Positions 13,251 through 23,694 of a DNA stretch of 64,000 nt are shown here, piece by piece. Within the stretch, counting starts at the first letter, position 1. The number at the start of each line of letters is the position of its first letter. A model generated the notes under the pieces. It worked only from the letters and a program-made list of their open reading frames with translations, was not told where the DNA came from and did no database searches. Source of the stretch: Kudoa neothunni (taxonomy: Eukaryota; Animalia; Cnidaria); NCBI GenBank assembly GCA_964304625.1, contig OZ199840.1, forward strand, positions 10,751,844-10,815,843. The letters run 5' to 3'. A program made the position numbers and the translations under genes.

Positions 13251-13813
13251 TGTGTGGTATCCAAGTATTAGAGCTTGCCGACAATTTTTGAATTTTATTT
13301 GTAATTCATTATATTGAAATCATTTACAAGCGATTATTTGTTTTTTGATATATGCACAAAAATTTTATAATTGATGAGATTTCACCCAAATCCCTTTATT
13401 TTTACAATTAATCCATATGAAACATATGAGTGTATCTATAAATAAACCGTTGCCACGCAGCAGTCTCCAACTAATTTCTAATTTAATTGTGGTATTTTAT
13501 AATTTTTTATTGAGGTTTATCCCAACTAGAAATAATAATAAATGTCGAGAGGGGTTTAATTATGCCCAGTGTCATTATCGTTGTTGGCTATATTAGGTTT
13601 GTAGATATTAAATACTTTATTTTTTTATTTTGGAACTATTGTAACTTATTGAAGATTTTCTTGTCGTTTCCAATATGCTAAAAGTTGTGACATACAGTAA
13701 TTTATTAATCTGGCGCAATATCGCAACAAATATAAATTAATTAATTAGTATATAAAAAATTAAATTCTTCCCTGTAAATCTACCACATTGTTTAATTTTT
13801 TCGCCTATTTGAT

Positions 13814-15159
13814 TTAACCTTCTAAGTATCAATTAATTAGGGCCCTCGGGATATAACTCTGGTTCATTTGGACCTCAGAGTTTTTTTTTGGTTTCGTTTA
13901 ATAATTGTGTTTTCTATCAATCTACTAAATTATAACTTTAAGAAATGTTTTCCCTAAAGCGTGCGCCAATATGCAATTCTCCTATATAAATAGGACCACT
14001 GATTATTTAAAATGACCGATATTGGAATTCGCTAGTAACTCCACTGACACATAATATAGATGCTGGATCTAATCAAAGGAAAATTTTACTTACGCCATAT
14101 TTTATATATTGTCTAAAAGAGCAATCGCCTCTAAAAGAAACCAAATTGTTCATCACAAAATATATTTTCTCCGTAGTTATAACTTTTGTTGGCCACGTTA
14201 ACCTGAATGCTCCATATTTCTCTAATTTGGGGAAATTTCTCGTTCAGCTGCCATTCCTCCGTAGTTTCTGCGTTATCAAAGCGGAGCGCTCTTGTTAGTT
14301 GCTTGAATCTGTATAGGGAAAAAAATCGTTGTTATCCTCCTACCTTTGTCACAGCCGAAAATTTCAACAATAGGCTCTTGGTTATTCTCATGGATAGTTG
14401 TTTGCAATAAATAGTCAATAAAACCATGCATTTCATCAATATAAACATCCTCCGGTTATTTACATAATGATTCTTATAGCACTGATTGGTATATTTAATT
14501 GTTCGTTCCACTATTTCCGTTGAGAAGAAATGATTATAACATCCTGCAATATTAAAGATCCTTTGCGTGACGTACATAATCACACTTTGAAGAAAATTCG
14601 TTTTATTTTCTGCCGCCATCTTGGTTTTCTTTGGTTTGGCTGCATTCAATAATCTCAATAATTTGTTGTTTTTGTCTACGAGCAAAGCGTCATTTTCATC
14701 ATTATCAGCACCAACAGTCTCTTTCAAATACACTAGATTGGGTCTTCTTTGTCATTAGGGTGAATATTATCCTAGCTACTTTTCGAAAGAAATCCATGCC
14801 TACACAATAGAAACTTGCACATGAGCGCTTGCGCGGAACAAAATTATTGGTTGGATTTTGTTATGTAAAATAGGTTTAAATTCAATTTCCATTTAAGAAT
14901 TATTGTAAATAATAATATATTTTTAAAATATCAAAAAAAATTCTGGGGTCCATTTGGACTCCAATTATACTCCGAAGATGTTTTTGTTATAAAATTTGTT
15001 ATGACACATAAAAATTCCAATAAATCTATTAATCTTAAAATAAACGTGTTTTATGAGAATAGAAAAAGTTTGGATTCTAATTATTATATAACGGCTGAGA
15101 GAACAGGATGGCAATCTCGTTTGGTGTCCAAGTGGACCCCACTTTACTTAAAGGGTTGA
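13814..15159 (-). mobile_element. Decayed piggyBac element with transposase remnants
   Basis: Ends are TTAA-CCTT and AGGG-TTGA, with GGxCCAxxTGGAC-type subterminal motifs. Minus-strand remnants FFSTEIVERTIKYTN and YNYGENIFCDEQ..SFRGDCSFRQY..KYGV match the piggyBac DEQ..FRG...KYG region. Confidence 0.8.
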
Positions 15160-16369
15160 GAAATAATTTAAGAATGGGTGGGTAGAAATGTCAATATTGA
15201 TCTACACGTAAAACGATGGATTGAATTGACGAAAGGAAAATATATAGGACCTTATCAATGTATTTTTAGCAGTAACGCTAATGACATTCTTGGTGATGCA
15301 CCACAAGCAACCACTATATTTACTTGCTGGTATTAGGAATTCTCAAAAGATTCAGCATTCCGCTCAATGCAATGGAGCAGGGATACTACGCACTTTTTTG
15401 AGACAAAGACTCGAGCGTGTAATAACCCTGCACTATTTAATATCTATGCTTTATTGCCTGCACATATATGGAAAAATTTAACTTTGTAATGTGATTCAGA
15501 ATTTTGATGTGATGGATCTTGAATAATTTCTCTATTTCTCTATTTCTTTTAGATTTTCTATTTAATTTGTTCAATTTTAGACTAATTCTCGAAGCAAACT
15601 CATGGAAGTGTCCTCGACCGACAGTTATAGGAATGTTGTCTTTCGTGCCGTCCTTTATGCCATTGGCTAATTTATTTCCTTATTATATTGTACTCTTTGG
15701 ATAGCTTTATATTCCTCGTTCTCGAAAGTTCGATCCATTTTCTTCATTCTTTTATCGAATAGTTTGAATTTTTTTCTAAGAGTTTTGCGATAAAATCTGA
15801 AAATATTGTTGATTTTATTGATACAATTGTATTTAGTGTGGTGACTTATTTAAGGCCGGAGCATCTAACGATGTTCGCTTTTGAGCCACTCTTAATTCCT
15901 AATTTTTCCAATTATTTAATAATCTACACGTTTTCTTCAAGTAAGCGATAATTTTTCCTATTTTCCCAAACGAAGAAATTATTTCTTAATTTTATAATTA
16001 AATCTATTGATATATTTTACTCTTATCTCACGATTTATATCCGTAGTTATTTTGTATCTTTTGAATTTTTTACTCTATTTCTAAAAGTGCGCAATAACCA
16101 TGCTATTGTTTATTTTTTAATGAGTGTAAAAATGTTAACAGTATTAATCTTGATAGCGAAGAATAAAAACCAACCTATACGGAATACTTAAGAGTTCAGA
16201 GTCAGGGATATTCTCAATAAAAAGAAAACAATGTGGTATTAACAGCAAAAATAAATTATTAATATTTTTATGAGCATTTTTTATCTCACTTGGATGGAGA
16301 ATATATGTTTGTGAATGAGATGAGAAAATCAGAATTGTTGCAAAGAATTCATAGAAAAATAATTGACCA

Positions 16370-16521
16370 GCATTATTAGCATTAAAAGGCGGCGGTGCTA
16401 TGTCGCTCTACTCTCGGTCACACATATGATTGGTTGATTACAACCCTTAGTATCCATATGTTACATAGGATATTTATTTTTTGGTCGACATACGATAGGT
16501 TATAAAGGATTTTCTTTCGAT
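16370..16521 (-). repeat. Partial copy of the 7901-8104 repeat
   Basis: Aligns by eye to ~7933-8090 with scattered substitutions and small indels. Confidence 0.75.
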
Positions 16522-16930
16522 TATGTTTTTTCTCCACGAACCTCCGACTAAATAGGCTGAGCTAAGTGAATACGAACTATTTAGTATATTAACCAAGTCT
16601 TTATTTATATTTATATTTATGATATTATGTTTTTAAGGTCTGTTTATATTACAGCCTAGAATATACGATCGACTACTTTTTAAGGGTGAAGACCTCACGG
16701 ACGTTCCGAATTCAGTGTGCGAACTCAAGGTTAGTAACCATTGGGTTAAAAAAATGACAAAACTAGTTCAAAATAATTAATATTTGAGTTTCTAATCACC
16801 CAAGAATATGTTAGTAAATTTAATTTTCAAAATAGGAAAACAAACATAACATGTAGATTTATATGATGCACATTATGCACGATAGACAATGAAATCAGTC
16901 AACAAATATAAGATTATCATTTTTATCATT

Positions 16931-18853
16931 CTACAAAATTTTGTCCACTATCCCAACAGCGACAACGCCATGATTGGATATTAGACAAAACCTTCCTAGA
17001 GGTTTACACATAGTGAAAGATTGGACACAACAACCATTCTCAAAAGTTATTTCCACTTTAGCAAATGTATTTTCACGAATAAATCTATATTTATATGCGA
17101 GAGTATATCACACATGAGAATTCAATCAATATACAGCGGATTCTCAACAGGTCCGCCTTTAAGAGTCTCTTGTAGCAATTTCGTTATGGCGACATTAGTG
17201 GTAATATTACATGCGTTGAATACAAACTAAAATACAAATCAATCTCAACCCCCTTCTCAAAAGTATAAGTACATGCATTCCCAAAGTTATATGTTTGAGT
17301 ATATCAGTGGTAACGATACTGCATTGTATTTTTGACGTATTAATAACGGCTTGGTGGTCGGCTAGGGTGAGGACATCTCCTCTTCTATTTAAAATATGGT
17401 CGAAATCGTAAAATCAATTTCTCAAAAACATACCTTATTTGGTCAATGTCAGCGTTGATAATGTTTAATGTGACCAAATCATTAGTATATGCTTCTTTAG
17501 AGATTCCTCATTATTGTTTCGAAAAATTTCTATCCGATTAAATGATATGACTTTTCCAATAAAAATTTTACCTTTTATGGAAACCACTTGGTTAGATGGA
17601 GACAAAATCAGTTTACTATTTCCATACATAATCCCTTGCAATATTTTTCCACAAATCGTCACATAATTTGATTTTTCTTCAGAAACCAAAACAACAATCT
17701 TTAAAAAGAGAAAAACAACACAATGGCATGTACCAGCATAAAAGTCAATTATGGAAATATATAAAGTTTTATGGATCAAATGTTCATCCATTATTTTGGT
17801 TTGGATTTTGCTATGACAGAATTCTAAAGATTATTGAGAATCACTGAAAAAATCTGGCCGAGATCTGCGATCAATACTCAACGAGTCCAATAAACAGCGA
17901 CCACTGTACCAAGAAGAAAGTTGATTAGGAATATTTGTAAAATTGTCGATTATATTCACACCTTCAACAGCTGAAATGGGTATAACTTCATAGGACTGTT
18001 CCTAGGGAGTACAATACGTGGAATCGTTATTTGAATTTATGAAAATAATGAATACTTTGTATTGATATTTATGGAGACATTGTTGAATGGTTGTGGTTAT
18101 CGCATCAAATCTTTCTTTTCTATATTCAACCTAGATAATCATAAGCACAAATATTTTAGATTATTAATCATCAATTAATAAAATTATAATAGTACGAGGT
18201 CCATTTTATTCAATAAAATGACTATATTAGCCACTCCAAACGCTTTTGCTAACATTATATGAGTGGAAAGAGTGGATTCGTTCAATGTGTATGGTTTGAA
18301 TTGTTTCTGGTCGGTTTTGGGAGAGTTACCCTTTCCCAAAGTGGCTTCAAATGAGCCCACACTTGAATCCACTATGTACACGGCAACATCAGCCTATACA
18401 TGGGACCATCATTAAAAAAATTCGTCTATACAAAACCAACTTGACATAATCCTTTTATAAGATTTTGCAAATAATCCATATGTCCTGGTGTGTCGATAAT
18501 ATTAAGAATAACGTTGTTATCTGTTGTGATAGTTCTCATTACAATATCCATAGTGATACCACTACGAAATAGAAAATATTTTTATAAGAAATTGAATTGG
18601 TAGTGGTATACCGTTTCCGCTCCTCCTCAAGTTCGTCTACAATCCAGGCATAGTTTATTTTACCAGACTTCTGTTTGAAATAGATTCAAATTTTACAGAA
18701 GAATGAGAATTTTAAAACGCGAAAAAATACATGTTTAGATTGGACGGTATTTGTATCTAGCAGCAACCTGCCGATTGTTGTGCTTTTTCCACAGTCAACA
18801 TGACCGAAGAAAGCAACATTTATAGCAGTAGAAACCATAGAATCGTTCGCCAT
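16931..18853 (-). CDS. HBS1L: HBS1-like translational GTPase (eEF1A/eRF3/HBS1 family), multi-exon, no N-terminal extension; one apparent 1-bp deletion at ~17497
   Basis: Spliced translation has G1 [56 protein letters not shown] and C-terminal [24 protein letters not shown]. The DE..EER, TMD and ADVAV..VD residues favour HBS1 over eEF1A. Confidence 0.75.
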
Positions 18854-18889
18854 TCCAATACCCCCGAAGATTAACCACGAGGGAGTTTA

Positions 18890-19366
18890 ATGGAGGATAG
18901 TGACGTGAAAGAGGTAGCTTCGGGGGTGGTATTGTTTAAAATGGTTTCTGAAGACAAACCACAATTTCTACTGATGCAAGCTTCGTATCCTCCTCATCAT
19001 TGGAGTCCACCAAAAGGACATGTTGAGGCTGGAGAAAGTCTCAAGGAAGCTGCATTTAGAGAAGTAGAAGAAGAAAGTGGATTCCAACACAACTCCCATT
19101 ATAAAATATACGATGATTTTAAAGTCACTCTACGATATGTGGCAAATGGAAATCCCAAGAAAAGTGTTTATTATTTGGGAAAAATGAACGATGATATAGA
19201 TTCTGTCGCGGAAAACAACAAAGTTAAAATTTCCCATGAACATCAAAAATTCGAATGGGTTTCACTTGAAAAAGGAGTGGAACTAGTTCAACATAAAAAC
19301 ACTCAAAATCTACTTGAAGAAGCTAACGAATGTATAATGTTTAAAAAATCTGCCGGACTTTTGTAA
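18890..19366 (+). CDS. NUDT2: Asymmetrical Ap4A hydrolase (Nudix), intronless, 158 aa
   Basis: FLLMQASYPPHHWSPPKGHVEAGESLKEAAFREVEEESG (Nudix box) and KISHEHQKFEW are characteristic of NUDT2. Confidence 0.92.
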   Translation: MEDSDVKEVASGVVLFKMVSEDKPQFLLMQASYPPHHWSPPKGHVEAGESLKEAAFREVEEESGFQHNSHYKIYDDFKVTLRYVANGNPKKSVYYLGKMNDDIDSVAENNKVKISHEHQKFEWVSLEKGVELVQHKNTQNLLEEANECIMFKKSAGLL

Positions 19367-21699
19367 AATTGATATCAATTTTCGAATATATTGGCTATAT
19401 CTACTATATTCTTAGTTTAAATTATTATTCTTATATGTGGAATATTTTTTATTTGTTTTTTTTCTTGTTCGTAAATATTGCTCACAAACTCTCGATTTAT
19501 CTTAACCTAAATCATAATCTTAATTGGATTTTTTAAATTTATTGTATGTATCATAGGTGGGATTTAATATCTACAAAATATACCTTTTTTGGTATTGTTA
19601 ATATTAGTGATAATAACTATGGTGCTAATACTGATAACATTGATAATAAATAATTTGGGTTGAATATTAAGAAAGGCATGTGATGTTGTATTCCTTTTCG
19701 ATCGATTTTCTCGTTATTTATAAACTAATTGTTTAAATTTTAGTATTATTTATTATTTTTTGTGCGAAGAAATAAAAGAGAGCTTTTAACGGTGATTTTT
19801 GTATCATGGGGATTATGAGGATTGGTGTCTAATTATATAATCATCGCGACAATCACGCGATATGATATATTCCATTTTAATTCGTCAGAAACTGGTTAAA
19901 AATGTGATTTCTATATTGTTCTTAGTTTAAACTTATCGTATTAAGGTTTTGGGGTTAAATTCTTAAGCAATAATTTTTGAATCATTCCATTTTTTTCCAA
20001 ACAATGTACGAATCGAAAATTGAGTGAATATTTAAAAAAAATAAAGAATTATGTTAGTATTTAAGATTTATTTTTAATTATCCGTGTTAGCTACTAAAAA
20101 ATGTATGTTTGAAAATATTGACGATTTCTACGCATGCGCCAACATGAGGGTTTATTTTATTATTTCATATTAGATAGAAAAAACAATTCTTATATAATAA
20201 ATTCTAATAGAGCAGATTCGTTTTTAACATTTATAATTTATTTCAAAAATTTGTTAAAATGAATTTTTTGTAATCTATCTACTAGTTATATGCAATCGAG
20301 ATTCGATATTGAGTTTTTTTTTAAACTAATAAACTACTAAATAAAATAATGATAACGATTTAAAATTAAATTCAAATGTAATTGTTTTCAAATGAAAACC
20401 TTAAATTACTTAATAATGAAATACGCAATATCTAATTGGGATTATATTTAAATTATTTAGACTTTTCAAAAATCGAGGGTGATTATGTGTTGAAATGAAG
20501 GTTATTAAGGATTTGGAGAGAGATTTCATGATTCCAACGTTTTGTGGTTGTTATTAGTTTTTACAAACATTTTGATATATAATACATCTCATTAAATTAA
20601 TTATATTAGGCTAAAATTCTTGAAACATTCAACCACATAAACATATTGATGTATATTATGAAATATGACGTAATGTTTCACTTTATATTCCAAAACTAAG
20701 CAATGAATGATTATTTTTAGGTTTTACACCATTTTTATATTATCAAGGTAAGTAATAAAAAAATGCTTTAGATTTATTAACATCCATAGTTAATTAATTT
20801 TTAAATGTTTAAAAATCGTATATATTCGATTTGTGACAGTTGCTCTACTTTAAAGTTAATTTTAATTAAAAAATAATTATTTATTATTTTTCTTTGGAGT
20901 TGCTTAATGGATATAAATAATGAGATAATTTGATAAAATAAATAAAAAATTTTCATGTTCGATTTTGGATAAAATATTGTTATAAAATTTGCTAAATCAT
21001 GAATATACTGCCTGAAAAAATTTATAAACTAAAACCCGCATTATGTAATGCTACCGTTAATTTGAAACATCAACTTTCTAATTTTGAATAGAATAAATCT
21101 GAAAGTTCCCTTTTTAAAACAATAAGTCAATATTGAACATTTACAAACATATTACTAACAGATACAAATAAAAAAAATTCAGTGAACAATTAAAGACTTC
21201 AAATTTGTTAAGATTATAGAATAATAATAATTTATTTGATAAATTTATCAACAACAGTGATTCCACGTGAATCCGAATGTGCTCGACTTGAGATTTATTT
21301 CCAGTTTATAGGTTAATTCTTTTTAACTAAATTTAATTACAAAATGTAATTTTTTGTGATAAGAAAATTTCTCCTAACATTGATCACACAAATCCATTGT
21401 GAACGAATCATATAACCTCTTAATACATTGACTTAATTTAATCTCTTCGATTTTTTTGAAGCCCTAATTGTGTTGTAATCAAGAGTGTTTTGTATTTTAT
21501 ACAGAATAAAGTGGTATAAATTTTATCTAAATAAAAGTAATTTTCTTAAGTTATGTTATTGATACATAGATTTCGCAATTTTTATGAACCCACAAACTGA
21601 TTTTAATTTTGATGTCGTAAATCATAATTGTTAAAAGTAAATTGTTTTAAAAATTTTTAGTTTAATTCTAACTATGGACTAACTGGAAGTATATATGTA

Positions 21700-22616
21700 T
21701 TTTTTTAAATGATTTCAAATGTTTTTCAAACCAAAATATCTCTACTAAGAGGCGAAACTGGGAAATTTTCGCTAGTACTTTTATATTATTCTAATATACG
21801 TTGGCTATCCCATAGAAATGTTAAACCGTGTTTTTTATGTGGGCGGAATTAGTGATTTTCCAATAAGAGTAAGCTCTTTGTCGTGTAAAATATTTCGAAA
21901 AGATAAAATTTATTCTTATTTTTGCATGAATATCTTATTTTGTTGATTCTTTCATTTGTCTTAAATATCAAAAGTAGGGAATCTGAGTTAACATAATTGA
22001 CGCTAATAATTGTCTGAGAGTATCCAAATATAATTATCCTTCTGAAAGCTATGGATGATTATTGACAATATGCAATTATTCCAGTGGTGAGTGAAGCATG
22101 TAATGCATATGATGATTTATGAACTGAACTCACACTTTACCAATGGAACCGAAACTAACAGTTCTAACGCAATTAAACCAACTCTTGAAATTGCTCCATA
22201 AGAATTATCCTTAAAAAAGACTTTCTCCTAGTGGTTTGGAAGATTGTTTACATGTCAAATTGCAATGAATTACTACAATAATAAATGCCTTGAAGAAAAT
22301 ATTGGACTTAAATAAAGTGTCATACAACGAGAACTTTTCAAAAGGACAACGCTATCAACGTTTTTATGCCCCCAAATCATGATACCTCCTTATTTCTCAA
22401 AAGCCTCGGTAGGTATTTTACCATCTGATCTAATTACCTATACAAATAATCTTTTTCAAGATTAATCAATAACGAATGTACGGTACTAAACTAACTTCAT
22501 GTGAAGACGATATGCGAGTGGCACCTTCTAAGACGACCCCGCATATTTCGGTGTTAGTTTTGAAAGAAAGCAACAGAAACCTCATTGATATTAAATACTC
22601 TTCGATTTTGTGCTAG
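21700..22616 (+). pseudogene. Decayed gene remnant of unknown family, co-duplicated upstream of A1 (copy ~31000-31886 upstream of A2)
   Basis: The copies translate to alignable peptides (YAIIPVVSEACNAYDDL*TELTLYQ vs YAIIPPLGKSCNAYYNLGTELRLYQ; both MIPPYFSK), followed by a GT..AG intron-like segment. Both have stops and frameshifts. Confidence 0.45.
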
Positions 22617-23694
22617 AATTTTTTTATTTATGTCTTTTAATCTTTCGTCTGTTCAATAAGTTTTGTTCATTATTTTAAATAATTAAAATAATTATCTTAT
22701 GAATTTAAATTCACAGACATATTGCGTAATCGCACATCTCCCCGTACCTAATAATGTTAAGAATCACTGGAATAGACATGCGTCTTTAAGTTACATTTTA
22801 TATGTATAATATATGAAAAATTATGAAAAGATAAAAAAATAATAATAGTAGATATTACTCTTTCCTCCTGATTATAAAATTCAAGTTGATGGGATGCGTA
22901 TTGAAACTTGTGAGATAAATAAGGAATAAAAGATTTTAAATTCACAAGCCTTATGAATGATAAATTTATTTTTCCACGTTAAAAATTATATTAAAAAAAT
23001 TCTCACTGAAAGTTTTGAAAAAATAAAGGCTATTAATATTTTTGAGGTACATATTACCTCATTGTAGTGATATATTTATGATAAAATCACACAATAAATG
23101 GTCGAAACTGTTAATTTTATAAACACATGGCATGAAAAATGACGTGTTCGCATTATTTTATTTTCGGTATTCATATAAAAGCAAAAAAATATAATTATAT
23201 TAAAAATAAGAACAATGCAGTTTTATCAACATCAAATTATTTTTATGTAATTGAATTTAATTTGAATAGCATTTTAGTTATAAATTATACTTATTTCCTT
23301 AGCCTGTAAAAATAGATAAATTATTTAGTTCTACTTAAGATAAGTGTTTATTAGGTAAAATATTCATGAATCAATTAGGGATTCTATGTTATGCTTAAAT
23401 TCATTAATATTTATATATTCATCACATGAATCAATTATATTTAATCAATGAATGGTTCACTTTCATTATTTTGATTGTTTTTAATGCTAGAATCATATGG
23501 TACTTAATTAGTATAATAAACACATAATTTTCAGAGGTTATTTAAATAAAAATTACATCGTCTACGTTATATTCAACTTTGATTTAATTAGTAAATATTA
23601 TAACGTTTGTTACATAATATATTTCAATATAATTGAATAACCCTATTTAAACAAGTGTAACGACAACTTCCGTGAGTAAATTAGACTCAATACA

